The notes: generated from the sequence alone by a model not told the origin. DNA of 64,000 nt from an uncultured Alphaproteobacteria bacterium (GCA_903874955.1 CAIQTY010000051.1:2686-66685), one strand, 5' to 3'. Shown: positions 10,939-21,548, counted from the stretch's first letter. Program-made: numbers and translations.

Positions 10939-12027
10939 CTAATTTATTTTAAGGTTATTAACGGCCTTTAAAATTACGGAAAGACTTTCATAGGGTGTAT
11001 CAGATAACGCTAAAATTAAGCGCGGTTTATGATATGTATCTACTCCTTTTTTTAAGCTATGAAATGCTTCTTGAATTAATATGATGTGTTTTGGCGATAT
11101 TCTAATTAATGAGAAAATTAAACCACCTTTAAAATTTAGTATTATATCTTTATTTAAATCATTTGTTGGGTCTGTTGAATTTTTTATGAGATCCGTTATA
11201 GGATCTATTAGTAGGGGAATATCTTCTATAGGCACTTTAGACAACTCGCAGGTTATGCCAGCTTTAAAATCAATGCTTAATCCAGGTGTAAGATGATTTA
11301 TAGCTGTTTCAACTATAGAAGTATTTTCTGGCGATATCTCAGACAATGCAGTAATCACATTTATTTTTTGCAATATATTCATCTTATTTGTAATGCGAAA
11401 TATAGCTGCTTCAGTCTCTTGAAGATGTTCTGGAAATATTTTAAGTAGTGCACAAATTACGCGTGTTTTTTCATCTGTATTCATGCCAAGTGTTATTTGG
11501 TTTGTAGCAGCTTGAATTGCCTTGAGATGGTTTATAACCAGGCACTTTTTTGGTATATTTGGTAACGTGGTAAGGATAACGACTTTATTATATTGATCGA
11601 TTCCTGATGTTAGAAAATTAGCTGCCTCTTCAATAAGTTTGAGATATTCTGGTGTCATGTTATCCAATGGTATATTGCACAGCGCTGAAATTATTGTGAG
11701 CTTGTATTCAGGCTTTATACCCGCTGTTAGACGATTTAAAGAGGGTACAATAAGCGAAAAATGCTCTGCGGATAAATTAGATAATATTGCTTTAGCGTTG
11801 AATTTAAGAGAATCAGGCAAATCTTTTGTTAAGTATAAGTTATCTCTATGAGGAGCTGTAGTATTTGGAAGTGAAAAAACTTTTGAATCTTGATGGTCAA
11901 TAGGTTTATTTATCTCAGCTTGTGCAAAATTGGTTGAATGGCAAATAAGGATTATTATTATTCTAAACTTTAAAAATTTTAATAATATAATAAGTAAATA
12001 TGATGCTTCTTTGTTTTTTTTGACCAT
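10939..12027 (-). CDS. secreted tandem-repeat protein (~34-38-aa helical repeats)
   Basis: Leader, then at least 7 repeats of the type hL(T)xGhxxxxKxxhIxALxxIPxxxxxxhxxA (LNRLTAGIKPEYKLTIISALCNIPLD..., ANFLTSGIDQYNKVVILTTLPNIPKK..., INHLTPGLSIDFKAGITCELSKVPIE...). Confidence 0.6.
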   Translation of the reverse strand: MVKKNKEASYLLIILLKFLKFRIIIILICHSTNFAQAEINKPIDHQDSKVFSLPNTTAPHRDNLYLTKDLPDSLKFNAKAILSNLSAEHFSLIVPSLNRLTAGIKPEYKLTIISALCNIPLDNMTPEYLKLIEEAANFLTSGIDQYNKVVILTTLPNIPKKCLVINHLKAIQAATNQITLGMNTDEKTRVICALLKIFPEHLQETEAAIFRITNKMNILQKINVITALSEISPENTSIVETAINHLTPGLSIDFKAGITCELSKVPIEDIPLLIDPITDLIKNSTDPTNDLNKDIILNFKGGLIFSLIRISPKHIILIQEAFHSLKKGVDTYHKPRLILALSDTPYESLSVILKAVNNLKIN

Positions 12028-12141
12028 ATCATAGCGTAAGCTCTCTATTCCATCTCAAATATGGATAAAGTCATTTAATTATTTATTAATAATGAATATC
12101 AATCCAAAAGAATTGGCTAGGACTAATCTTGATGTTTGAAA

Positions 12142-14190
12142 TCACATAAATTTAATCTCAAGAGCCTCTAAGGTGCGCAATTCATCGCGAAGCGTCGCGG
12201 CTTTTTCAAACTCAAGATCTGCCGCTGCTGCTTTCATATCTTTTAGCAGCTGATTCTTTTTCTTTTCTAACTCTCTTGCCGATAGCTTTTTAATAGGAGT
12301 GTCTTCCTCTTTTTTCTTATCACGTAAATCAAGCGAGGATGATATGGTTTTGCGAATCGTTTCAGGGGTGATGCCATGAGCTTCATTATGGGCGATTTGT
12401 TTATTTCGGCGCCGTTCGGTTTCGCCCAAAGCATATTCTAAAGATCCCGTAATTTTATCGGCATATAAAATTACACGACCATCAACATTTCTTGCAGCCC
12501 GTCCAATGGTTTGAATCAGGGATGTTTTTGATCTTAAAAATCCTTCTTTGTCTGCATCTAAAATTGCAACTAAACCGCACTCGGGAATGTCTAATCCTTC
12601 TCGCAAAAGGTTGATCCCAATCAAAATATCAAAATCTCCTGAACGAAGGCCGCGGATAATTTCAATGCGTTCTAATGTTTCAATGTCGGAGTGCAAATAG
12701 CGCACCCTCATGTTGGCTTCGGTTAAATATTCGGTCAGCGCCTCTGCCATTTTTTTCGTAAGTGTTGTCACCAACACCCTGTATCCTTTTGAAACCGTGA
12801 TGCGGCATTCTTCCATCAGATCATCAACTTGGTGATCGCATGGTTTTATCGTGCAAATCGGATCAACTAAACCGGTTGGGCGAATAAGCTGTTCAACAAA
12901 TACACCTTCGGTTTGGGCGAGTTCCCAGGGGCCAGGGGTTGCTGAAATGAACACGGTCTGCGGGCGGAAGGAATTCCATTCTTCAAACATCAGCGGCCGG
13001 TTATCTTTGCACGACGGCAGTCTGAAGCCATGTTCTGATAATACTTCCTTGCGGGCCCGGTCACCTTTAAACATGGCGCCTATTTGCGGAACTCCAACGT
13101 GGCTTTCATCAACGAACAAAAGTGCATCTTTGGGGAGATATTCAAATAGGGTAGGTGGCGGCTCACCCGGGGCGCGGCCAGTTAAATAGCGGGAATAGTT
13201 TTCAATACTGGCGCAGGTTCCGGTAGCTTGCATCATTTCAATATCAAATTTTGTTCGCTGGGATAGACGTTGGGCTTCCAATAATTTGCCTAAGGATTCC
13301 AGTTCATTCACACGCAGCACCAATTCACCTTGGATATTCTTAATCGCTTGCTGAATGGTAGGTCCTGGGGTCACGTAGTGACTATTGGGAAAAATAAGAA
13401 TTTCGCTAAGACTATTAAATTTTTCACCGGTGAGTACATCCATTTCTGAAATACTTTCGACTTCATCACCGAAGAAGCTAAGCCTCCAGGCACGGTCGGC
13501 AAAGTGACTTGGAAAAATATCAAGTACATCGCCTCGGCTGCGAAAGGTCCCCCGGGTGAACGCCAAGTCGTTGCGCTTGTATTGAATTTGGATGAGGTCT
13601 TGAATCAGTTTTTGCTTATCTAAGTTTTGATTAAGCTTAACGGGGATTGTCATTTCACTGTAGGTATTAGCTCCGCCGATACCGTAGATGCACGATACAC
13701 TGGCAACCACGATCACATCGTGGCGCTCAAGCATTGAACGGGTTGCGGCATGGCGCATGCGATCGATTTGTTCATTAATAGAGGCGGTTTTTTCAATAAA
13801 GGTATCGGTCCTTGGCACATAGGCTTCGGGTTGATAGTAATCGTAGTACGATACGAAATATTCAACCGCATTATGAGGGAAAAATTCTTTCATTTCCGAA
13901 TACAACTGGGCTGCCAAAATTTTATTGGGCGCCATAACCAAGGATGGGCGTTGCAGTTGCTGAATCACCTGGGCCATAGTAAAAGTTTTGCCCGAACCGG
14001 TAACGCCAAGCAGTACTTGATTATGCTCCCCTGCACTTAGTCCCTTAACAATTTCTTTAATTGCTGTAGGTTGATCACCCGATGGCTGGAAAGGAGAGTA
14101 AATCTCAAAGGGCGGACTATCTTCGCGTCTTGCGTTATATAACAACGGAACAACAGCAGTCATGAAACCATCCTCAATAGTGTTCTGCAT
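12142..14190 (-). CDS. uvrB: excinuclease ABC subunit B
   Basis: [12 protein letters not shown], Walker [15 protein letters not shown] box ([11 protein letters not shown]), a C-terminal UVR coiled coil ([17 protein letters not shown]). An alternative start exists at 14163. Confidence 0.97.
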   Translation of the reverse strand: MQNTIEDGFMTAVVPLLYNARREDSPPFEIYSPFQPSGDQPTAIKEIVKGLSAGEHNQVLLGVTGSGKTFTMAQVIQQLQRPSLVMAPNKILAAQLYSEMKEFFPHNAVEYFVSYYDYYQPEAYVPRTDTFIEKTASINEQIDRMRHAATRSMLERHDVIVVASVSCIYGIGGANTYSEMTIPVKLNQNLDKQKLIQDLIQIQYKRNDLAFTRGTFRSRGDVLDIFPSHFADRAWRLSFFGDEVESISEMDVLTGEKFNSLSEILIFPNSHYVTPGPTIQQAIKNIQGELVLRVNELESLGKLLEAQRLSQRTKFDIEMMQATGTCASIENYSRYLTGRAPGEPPPTLFEYLPKDALLFVDESHVGVPQIGAMFKGDRARKEVLSEHGFRLPSCKDNRPLMFEEWNSFRPQTVFISATPGPWELAQTEGVFVEQLIRPTGLVDPICTIKPCDHQVDDLMEECRITVSKGYRVLVTTLTKKMAEALTEYLTEANMRVRYLHSDIETLERIEIIRGLRSGDFDILIGINLLREGLDIPECGLVAILDADKEGFLRSKTSLIQTIGRAARNVDGRVILYADKITGSLEYALGETERRRNKQIAHNEAHGITPETIRKTISSSLDLRDKKKEEDTPIKKLSARELEKKKNQLLKDMKAAAADLEFEKAATLRDELRTLEALEIKFM

Positions 14191-14360
14191 TATTGATTAA
14201 ACGCGAGTGTTAACGCAAGGGGAGAGTTGATTTAACTAGTTTTAACTGGGGGGTAAGGCTAAGCAACCCATTTTCTTAAAACGAGAAAAACACATCAATT
14301 TTCTCCCGTATTTTAGGAATTTAAGCTTCTACCATTTTATAAAACAACACGGAGATTCCC

Positions 14361-14783
14361 ATGAAAGAACCAACCACTTGCGTAATGATAGCCGATGGAG
14401 CAAGGGCAAAGTTTTTAACGAAAAACACCAATGCCTTGCTGCCTATTCTTCCAACCCAGCATGCTGAAGATACTGTGACGACGCACCTTGAACACAAACA
14501 CCCAAGCCATGGAAGAGTAGGTATTAAAGCGTTGCATAGTTACTATGAACATGCGGACTGGTACTATTTTAAAAAGGAAGCCTTTGCTATAGAAATTGCT
14601 AGGGTTTTATACAATCTAGTTAAAACCTACGACAGGCTCATTCTGATTGCGGCGCCGGTTGTGCTGGGCTGTTTGCGCCAGCATTTGTCGCCTCATGTTG
14701 CATCGAAGATTACTCTTGAAATCGATAAGGATTTAACAAAAATTCCCCTTAAGAAAGTGATGGGGTATATCCAATTGCCGTAG
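14361..14783 (+). CDS. host-attachment family protein (baeRF12-like)
   Basis: TCVMIADGARAKFL N-terminus, and LILIAAPVVLGCLRQHL...EIDKDLTKIP, as in the alphaproteobacterial Host_attach family. Confidence 0.65.
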   Translation: MKEPTTCVMIADGARAKFLTKNTNALLPILPTQHAEDTVTTHLEHKHPSHGRVGIKALHSYYEHADWYYFKKEAFAIEIARVLYNLVKTYDRLILIAAPVVLGCLRQHLSPHVASKITLEIDKDLTKIPLKKVMGYIQLP

Positions 14784-14798
14784 CGTTAAGTTGCAGCA

Positions 14799-17522
14799 TT
14801 ATCTAATGGCCTGGCATGCGATTGCTAATTGCTGGGCCATTGCTTCTTTTCGTTCTGGTGCATCACTTAAAAATCTTAGTTCGGCCAAAGCAACAAAAGC
14901 GCTAATGAAATTTGAATTTGCTTTTGCGTATTCATTAAAGAATGCATAAAAATTGGGAGCGTTAGTTTTCATATCAGACAAGACTGCTTCTAACGCCTTT
15001 TGCATATTATTTCCGAAATCTGGAGAACTAAATGTGTGCATTTTCTCATAAAAATACTTCGAGAATAATTGAGAAGCTATTTCGGCAGAAAAATTTGTGC
15101 TCACTGGATTAGCAAAAAATTCCTTAATTTTTGACTTTTGGTCAGGTTTTGCTGTTTTTAAAAATTCAATAAACTGATAGGCATTGATAATATCCGTAGC
15201 TTGTTTTTTCTCAAGTCCACCGTCTTCAAGGTAATTAAATACTGTATCAAGTAAATCATTATCAACAATGAAAGTGCTTAATTTAGTATCATTAGTATCA
15301 TGAGTTCTGTATTTATATAGAAGACTTAATATTCCGGATTTTAGTTCTTTTGACAATTTGTCATTCTGCTTCAACCTATTAAATAGGGCGATAGCAAAAT
15401 TGAGCATTTTTTTATCTTCAATTGATCCATAATCTAAGCAATTCTGATTGACTGCTGCATCGTGTAATAAGTCTACTAAAGTGATTTCCTGATTTTTATA
15501 TTTCATAGTATTATAGCTATTTAAAGTGTTGTAATTTTTTCCTAAATTTATTACTCTGTTTGCCTTGAATGGTTGCAGTAATTTTGGATAGTTCTCAACA
15601 ACTTCATTGGCAAATTTTTCTGGACTCATATCAATTAAATGTTTGAGCCAATTAATATATAGGCTGCCTAGATTCTTAAATATGTTGTGTTTATCGGATT
15701 TTAAGAAAGTAGCTAGTGTAGCTGGGGCCCCGATAGGTATTTCCTTATCACTAATTGGGGTAATATCTGAACTAGTCGAAGAAGAACTTCCACTACCAGC
15801 AATTCCTGAAATTATTTTCATCTTTTTACGATCAGCCACATCAGGCAATTTGATTCCAAGTCTATTGAGCATATCCTGATCGGTTTCATCTTGTATTGGC
15901 TGCGTGCGTGATTTACCAAGTGCTTTATCGAACTTTCTGTCGCTAAGTGAGGTATTGACGGTTAGGCTTTCACGATTATCGATTTCATTTTCGGTTAGTT
16001 TATGTTTGCGATTTTTAAATTGATCTTGAATTTTTTTAGCAGCAAGTTGCCTTTCCTCATTAAGTTTCTGCAGCATTTTTTCCCGGAGTATTCCAGGGGC
16101 AAAGCTTGGATTTTGATCCTTTAACTGAGCATAGAGTAAGGCATTTTTTATATTCAAAACGCCTTTGCCCCAAAAGGCTGGATCATAAGCAGAGGGTTTT
16201 TTTACAGGGGCAGGTGAAGCGCTTGGGGCAATTTTTGAAGCTAATTCTAGTAACTTCGTGCGGTGATCTTTTTCAAGTTGATCACCTGTCCTAAATGGAA
16301 GCTGATTGATGCTATTAGGATTCATTCCGTTGCTAACTAATTTTTCTAAAATACGTTTATATTGATCTGTTTCAGCATTTGTAGCCGGTCTTGGGTTGAT
16401 TCCTCCCACGCCGTTACCTGCGGCAATAATTTGCAGTGCTAATTCGATTTCTCCTGAATCTGCTAATAATTCTGCGAAGTCTAAAGTTGATTTACCTGGA
16501 TTAGATTTTTTGTATTGCTGAAGTTTTTGAATGATATTGACCAGAGGGTCTTCAACATGGACGGCATCATAACCTGATCCAAAAAGCTGAAAGATATCTC
16601 TATCTGCAGATTCTAGTAAAATTTCTTTTAACAGAGCAGTGGTTAAAGATGGATATTTTGATAAGATAAGTGCTGCTGCACCCGATAGAATAGCTGCTGC
16701 ATTTGACGTACCAGATTTAGGTGAATATTGGTTTGAATTTTCAGGTCCGGATGCGGTAAAGATCTCATCAGCGATTACCCATAAAAAACTATCTTGAAAT
16801 TTTTTGTTAGAGCCAGGAAATCCTGACGAGGTTTTGCCCTTATAATCTTGGCGTAAATTGCCTGCAAAAATTGAAAGCGGTATTAAGAGATCACAGTTGT
16901 TCATTGAAGGAACTTTAGACAAGTTTTCTTGTGAATTACCTGCAGCTTTTACGATAAGGACATCACTATCACGCGGAATCTCTTGAAATGTTGTTTTATA
17001 AAAGTCTGGCTTATCGTCACCAAACGACGCATTGATAATTCTTACATTAATTAGGTTATTTTTATAATCGTTAATTGGTTTTACGCGAATGGCTGAACTT
17101 GGGGCAATGGCATGGATTAAGCTTGCCATTGAAGAACCATGATCTTGACCTTCTTCAAAACCAAAAATTGGATTTGTTGGTGAGTCCCTTTCTACATAAG
17201 TTCTAACATCTTGGTGGGTAATACCAGAATCTTCTAGCAATAGGATGTTGACACCAGCACCTTTAATGCCTCGTTTTTGCGCATACCCAGCGCCTGAGGC
17301 AGCGAATGCTGAAGTACCTTTGAGAAATTTATAGTCTTCTTCGCTTATTCCATTGGTTTGCTTGCGAGCATTCTTGAGCAGTTCGGTGCGAAGCTCTAAA
17401 TCTGTTTTTCCAGAGTCATCTTCCATCTTACTTAGCCGCTTTTGGTAATCAATGTACGGATCGCTGCTTCCTGCGGCGTTTAAGGTCATATTTAGAAAAA
17501 ACAGAATAAAGTATTTTTGCAT
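14799..17522 (-). CDS. secreted subtilisin-like (S8) serine peptidase with a long C-terminal helical domain (paralogue A)
   Basis: Catalytic D (NILLLEDSGITH), H (QDHGSSMASLIHAIAP), oxyanion N (RIINASFG) and S (SGTSNAAAILSGAAAL). Start reassigned to MQKYFILFFLNMTLNAAG (ATG at 17522). It is collinear with the 33050..35503 protein in both the N-terminal and C-terminal domains. Confidence 0.85.
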   Translation of the reverse strand: MQKYFILFFLNMTLNAAGSSDPYIDYQKRLSKMEDDSGKTDLELRTELLKNARKQTNGISEEDYKFLKGTSAFAASGAGYAQKRGIKGAGVNILLLEDSGITHQDVRTYVERDSPTNPIFGFEEGQDHGSSMASLIHAIAPSSAIRVKPINDYKNNLINVRIINASFGDDKPDFYKTTFQEIPRDSDVLIVKAAGNSQENLSKVPSMNNCDLLIPLSIFAGNLRQDYKGKTSSGFPGSNKKFQDSFLWVIADEIFTASGPENSNQYSPKSGTSNAAAILSGAAALILSKYPSLTTALLKEILLESADRDIFQLFGSGYDAVHVEDPLVNIIQKLQQYKKSNPGKSTLDFAELLADSGEIELALQIIAAGNGVGGINPRPATNAETDQYKRILEKLVSNGMNPNSINQLPFRTGDQLEKDHRTKLLELASKIAPSASPAPVKKPSAYDPAFWGKGVLNIKNALLYAQLKDQNPSFAPGILREKMLQKLNEERQLAAKKIQDQFKNRKHKLTENEIDNRESLTVNTSLSDRKFDKALGKSRTQPIQDETDQDMLNRLGIKLPDVADRKKMKIISGIAGSGSSSSTSSDITPISDKEIPIGAPATLATFLKSDKHNIFKNLGSLYINWLKHLIDMSPEKFANEVVENYPKLLQPFKANRVINLGKNYNTLNSYNTMKYKNQEITLVDLLHDAAVNQNCLDYGSIEDKKMLNFAIALFNRLKQNDKLSKELKSGILSLLYKYRTHDTNDTKLSTFIVDNDLLDTVFNYLEDGGLEKKQATDIINAYQFIEFLKTAKPDQKSKIKEFFANPVSTNFSAEIASQLFSKYFYEKMHTFSSPDFGNNMQKALEAVLSDMKTNAPNFYAFFNEYAKANSNFISAFVALAELRFLSDAPERKEAMAQQLAIACQAIR

Positions 17523-17773
17523 ATATTTTTTTAAATGATTTTTAATATACAATTTTAACTTAGTTTTTTTTAATATTTCGTTAAAAACATAAAGGACTTT
17601 AGAATAATTCTTGCTCTTATGAAAATTGAGTAGGTATAGGTATAATTCATTGAAATAAAAGTCATGTATGGTCGTCAAAGTAGGAACCCTAGCTCGTGAA
17701 ATAACATTGGCTAAAAGGACTATAAGGATGGTGGGACGTAATGGCTCACTTTTAGAATATATCAAAATACTGA

Positions 17774-17942
17774 TCAATTTAAAAAACGCCCGCAGGCTTT
17801 TGCTAAAGAATCAACCATTGCTGTTTGATGTTTATCGATTAAAATAGTTCCTTGAAATTCTTGAATAAGCGCATTTGTAAAATAAGAATTACCTTTTGCA
17901 TGGGGTTTCAGAAAATCAACAGCAATTCCCGGACAAATTTTT
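17774..17942 (-). pseudogene. 3' stub (last ~55 codons plus stop) of a third subtilase paralogue
   Basis: Translates to KICPGIAVDFLKPHAKGNSYFTNALIQEFQGTILIDKHQTAMVDSLAKACGRFLN*, compared with ...IPDFVDFLKTYAKGNPHFTNALIQEFQGTILFNEQRLIMGNHLVAACRNILI* at the end of 33050..35503. There is ~90 nt of near-identity (17846-17935 vs 33122-33205). An in-frame stop lies immediately upstream. Confidence 0.8.
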
Positions 17943-18022
17943 TAAAACAAATAGGTAAAGAGAAATACACCAATCAAATAATGACCGTATGAGAGTTCTA
18001 GTTTACCTATGCTTATTAGAGC

Positions 18023-18334
18023 TTGGCTAGCGCATGTGCTATTCGAAACAATCCACATTCCTTATTTGAAGATGATCTTGCTAAAATTAACTCTCTTGGT
18101 CGCATTAAATATTCCTGCGTTAAAGTGTTGGAATATATGAAAGAACTACCGCAAGTAACTTTGCCTTTATTGGCAAAGTTACTAGGAATAAGTGCGCCTA
18201 ACGCCAGAAGCTGTTTAGCTACTTTGGTCATAGAAGAGACAGCAACAGAAATTACTGGGATGCAAAGGGATAAAATATACGTATACAAAAATTATCTAAA
18301 AGTTTTAGTAGATGGAACGAATCCATTTTCATAA
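18023..18334 (+). pseudogene. probable C-terminal winged-helix remnant of a Fic/DOC-family protein
   Basis: LPQVTLPLLAKLLGISAPNARSCLATLV...ITGMQRDKIYVYKNYLKVL resembles the C-terminal wHTH of long Fic proteins. No Fic core (HxFx[D/E]GNGR) is upstream. The ORF is only 103 aa and lies next to another gene stub. Confidence 0.4.
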
Positions 18335-18521
18335 CATCCTATTTTTCTGTCAGAAAAGTCTCTAGGACCCTATCTAGCATCTGTCCATAAAAGAGGAAAG
18401 CATTTTTAAATGCATACATTTGGGAAGATAACACCTTCACTTTAGGGTATACTTCAAATAAATAACCCGAAAATTTATCTGAGATATTTCATATTAGCGA
18501 CTAAGGATTATTTTTTGTTCG

Positions 18522-19109
18522 TCATAAAGAAAATATTTTCCTAAACGTAAGATTGATGCGAGGATAATTTATAGAAGTCATTTTTGGAAGACTATGTTGC
18601 CATTCTTCTTGGCATGCATCTTTCATGATTAAAAGGCTTCCTGAATTTAGAATAATAGAATGTTTTTCCTTAGTTTGTTTGTGACGAAACATAAATTTTC
18701 TTGATGCTCCCAAACTTATTGAAGCAATAACGGGATTTTTTCCTAACTCTTTTTCGTTATCCTGATGCCAGCCCATGTAATCTTGGCCATCCTTATAAAG
18801 GTTACAGAGTACGCTGTTGCTTTGGATGTTGTGTTCTTGAGCTAGTCTTTCTTGAATGTGTTTTAAGGATAATAGCCAGGTCAGGGGATGATGAACTACT
18901 CCGCTATAACGGTAAAGGGCATCTTTTTCTCCGAACCATGCAATTTTTCTGGGCACAATAATTTTTTTGCCAAACATGGTAATTTCTTCTGTTTGCCAAT
19001 CCACCTTGTTCAGTAGTCCATGTAAAAGAGAGTCAGCCAACTCAAGTGTTATCCAATTTGAAATGTATTCAATGGGAAGATTGGCGGGGACACACCATTG
19101 AGATTTCAT
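18522..19109 (-). CDS. alkB: AlkB-type Fe(II)/2-oxoglutarate-dependent DNA/RNA demethylase
   Basis: MGWHQDNEKELGKNPVIASISLG (HxD), WQHSLPK (distal His) and RINLTFRKI (2OG-binding R-x-x-x-T-x-R). Confidence 0.85.
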   Translation of the reverse strand: MKSQWCVPANLPIEYISNWITLELADSLLHGLLNKVDWQTEEITMFGKKIIVPRKIAWFGEKDALYRYSGVVHHPLTWLLSLKHIQERLAQEHNIQSNSVLCNLYKDGQDYMGWHQDNEKELGKNPVIASISLGASRKFMFRHKQTKEKHSIILNSGSLLIMKDACQEEWQHSLPKMTSINYPRINLTFRKIFSL

Positions 19110-19174
19110 TTGCTATCTCTTTTTTTATGTTAGTATCACCGCTATAAGAATACTCAAAACACAAGTAGGGTAAA

Positions 19175-19879
19175 ATGGCAAATTTTCTGATGATTGCAGC
19201 ATCCAGTGCAATGGGTGTAGCCACAGCATCTATTTTAGAAAAAAATGGTCATCAAGTTTTTAAAACCGCTCGGTCAAGTGAGAAAATTCAACCGGATTTG
19301 TTACTTGATGCTAGTGATTTTGATGCAGTTGATGGGGCGTTTGAAAAAGCTATTGAACGGTTTGGAACAATTGATGGCGTAGTTTGTTTTGCTGGCTCAT
19401 TATTATTAAAGCCAGCCCATTTAACGACAAAGCAAAATTATCAAGATGTTATCCAAAGTTCCCTAACAACAGCGTTTGCATCAACTCGAAGTGCTGCAAA
19501 ATATATGAAGGGAGGGTCGGTTGTGTTAATGGCATCGGCGGTGCATTCTATTGGCCTTGCCAATCATGAAATGATTGCCGCTGCAAAAGCAGGGGTTGTT
19601 GGGTTAGCAAAATCAGCTGCTGCTACTTATGCAGCATCTAATCTCAGGTTTAATGTTGTAAGCCCAGGTTTAACGGACACACCCCTTACGGAGCGGATTA
19701 TAGCTAATCTGAATTCTTTAAAATATTCCCTTAATATGCATCCTTTAGGGCGAATTGGTGGGGTTGATGACATCGCAAGGGCGGTTGTTTTTTTGCTAGA
19801 TCCCTTAAATAGCTGGATTACGGGACAAGTTTTAAGCGTTGATGGCGGTTTATCGAGTTTGAAAACTCAAGCTTCATGA
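19175..19879 (+). CDS. SDR-family oxidoreductase, first gene of the photolyase operon
   Basis: Rossmann N-terminus (LMIAASSAMG), YAASNLRFNVVSPGLTDTPL and ITGQVLSVDGG. It overlaps the next gene by 4 bp (ATGA). Confidence 0.8.
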   Translation: MANFLMIAASSAMGVATASILEKNGHQVFKTARSSEKIQPDLLLDASDFDAVDGAFEKAIERFGTIDGVVCFAGSLLLKPAHLTTKQNYQDVIQSSLTTAFASTRSAAKYMKGGSVVLMASAVHSIGLANHEMIAAAKAGVVGLAKSAAATYAASNLRFNVVSPGLTDTPLTERIIANLNSLKYSLNMHPLGRIGGVDDIARAVVFLLDPLNSWITGQVLSVDGGLSSLKTQAS

Positions 19880-21411
19880 AAACGCTCCGGGTACTTTTGT
19901 GGGATCAATTATCCCTTAAAATCTCGAGTTTGCGCGATAGCAATCCCCAAGATGATACAGTCTTGATTTGTGAGATAATGCAAGAATGCACCTATGTTAA
20001 GCACCACAAGAAAAAGCTTATTTTTATTCTGTCTGCGATGCGGCATTTTGCAAAAGAACTTGAGAATAAGGGCTTTAGGGTTATTTATGTAAAACTAGAT
20101 GACTCCCTTAATACGGATACGCTTGAAGGGGAAATCAGTCGCACCATTAATTTGGAAAAATTTGATAACATCGTTGTAACCTGGCCAGGTGAGTACCGTC
20201 TTTTAAAGATTCTTGAAAAAATAAAATCTTCAATTTCCACCCCTTTAATTATAAAGGAAGATGACCGTTTTCTAGCAACAATAAGTGAATTTCAGGTTTG
20301 GGCATCAAAGCGCCGAGAACTGCGCATGGAATATTTCTACCGGGAAATGCGCCAAAAATATCAAATTTTGATGAATGGTAAAGATCCTGAAGGGGGAAAA
20401 TGGAATTTTGATGCTGAAAATCGCAAAGTCCCCAAAGGGAAATTAAGCATTCCTCAACCCTATACATCAAAGCCAGATAGCATCACGCAAGAGGTCATAG
20501 CACTGGTTGAATATCATTTTCCAGATAATTTCGGAGACATATCTCCCTTTCATTTTGCGGTGACTGCAAGCCAAGCACACCAAGCCTTTGATCAATTTAT
20601 TGCTGAAAGACTCGCTTTTTTTGGGGATTATCAAGACGCGATGATTGAAAATGAACCCTGGATGTACCATTCACACATTAGTTTTTATATTAACATCGGG
20701 CTGCTTGACCCTATTGAATGCATAAAAAGAGTTGAAAAAGCCTATTACGATGGGTTTGTATCGATTAATAGTGCTGAAGGTTTTATAAGGCAAATACTTG
20801 GGTGGCGCGAATATGTCCGCGGTATTTATTGGCTTAAAATGCCTGAATATAAAGAAATGAATTTTCTTGAAGCCTCACGGCCGTTGCCCGAATTTTTTTG
20901 GACGGGCGATACCAAAATGAATTGCTTGAAGCAATGCGTTACCGAAACTAAAGAAAATGCCTATGCGCATCATATCCAGCGCCTGATAGTTCTTGGAAAT
21001 TTTGCGCTAATTGCTGGAATCAACCCCCAGGAAGTGAATGAATGGTACTTAATTGTTTATGCTGATGCCTTTGAATGGGTAGAGCTTCCCAACGTGACGG
21101 GCATGATTTTATTTGCTGATGGGGGATATCTTGGCAGCAAGCCCTATGCGGCAAGCGGCGCCTATATCAATAAAATGTCGAACTATTGCCAAAATTGCCA
21201 TTACAATGTGAATGAAAAAAATGGCCCCAAAGCTTGTCCGTTTAATTATTTGTATTGGGATTTCCTGATTCGTCAGCAAGATAAATTAAAAACTAATCAT
21301 CGCCTTACCATGATATATTCTCTTTTGCAGAAAAAAGATTCGGCTGCTATTGAGATGATTAAGCAGGATGCCAAGAATTTTTTCGAAAAATTAGAACACG
21401 GTGAAACTTAA
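19876..21411 (+). CDS. phrB: FeS-BCP / PhrB-like cryptochrome-photolyase family protein, probable (6-4) photolyase
   Basis: Collinear by motif with Agrobacterium PhrB: [61 protein letters not shown]. It also has the Fe-S cysteine set (C-x2-C...C at YCQNCHY...[11 protein letters not shown]). Confidence 0.9.
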   Translation: MKTLRVLLWDQLSLKISSLRDSNPQDDTVLICEIMQECTYVKHHKKKLIFILSAMRHFAKELENKGFRVIYVKLDDSLNTDTLEGEISRTINLEKFDNIVVTWPGEYRLLKILEKIKSSISTPLIIKEDDRFLATISEFQVWASKRRELRMEYFYREMRQKYQILMNGKDPEGGKWNFDAENRKVPKGKLSIPQPYTSKPDSITQEVIALVEYHFPDNFGDISPFHFAVTASQAHQAFDQFIAERLAFFGDYQDAMIENEPWMYHSHISFYINIGLLDPIECIKRVEKAYYDGFVSINSAEGFIRQILGWREYVRGIYWLKMPEYKEMNFLEASRPLPEFFWTGDTKMNCLKQCVTETKENAYAHHIQRLIVLGNFALIAGINPQEVNEWYLIVYADAFEWVELPNVTGMILFADGGYLGSKPYAASGAYINKMSNYCQNCHYNVNEKNGPKACPFNYLYWDFLIRQQDKLKTNHRLTMIYSLLQKKDSAAIEMIKQDAKNFFEKLEHGET

Positions 21412-21548
21412 TGGCCCATAAAAAAGAAAATCTTCCGGAAAAAATCTGTATTGTTTGTAAGCGTCCTTTTACCTGGCGGAAAAAATGGGAAAAAGTCTGG
21501 GACGAGGTGAAATACTGCTCACAAAAGTGTAAAAAGGCGAAAGCATGA
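21411..21548 (+). CDS. DUF2256-type small zinc-ribbon protein (45 aa); not in the supplied ORF track
   Basis: [45 protein letters not shown]. It has two CxxC pairs and the RxxW-x3-W motif. The start overlaps the phrB-like stop (TAATG) and the stop overlaps the next start (ATGA). Confidence 0.75.
   Translation: MAHKKENLPEKICIVCKRPFTWRKKWEKVWDEVKYCSQKCKKAKA

Noticed and set aside
12851-14040. Plus-strand ORFs inside uvrB (12851..13189, 13750..14040).
   Set aside because: They are antisense to a full-length UvrB with all helicase motifs, so they are shadow ORFs.
14191-14360. A search for an alphaproteobacterial SOS box (GAAC-N7-GAAC / GTTC-N7-GTTC) upstream of uvrB.
   Set aside because: No such motif is present in the intergenic region.
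17523-17777. An 85-codon N-terminal extension of the subtilase ORF (tracked start 17777).
   Set aside because: The extension starts at a TTG inside the stop region of the upstream gene stub and is very AT-rich with a non-protein-like sequence (…YFNELYLYLLNFHKSKNYSK…). The paralogue begins at the position equivalent to MQKYFILFF, so the ATG at 17522 is preferred.
18016-18288. A 90-aa minus-strand ORF overlapping the Fic-like remnant.
   Set aside because: The plus-strand frame has a recognisable wHTH-like sequence, whereas the minus frame has none. Both may be non-functional.
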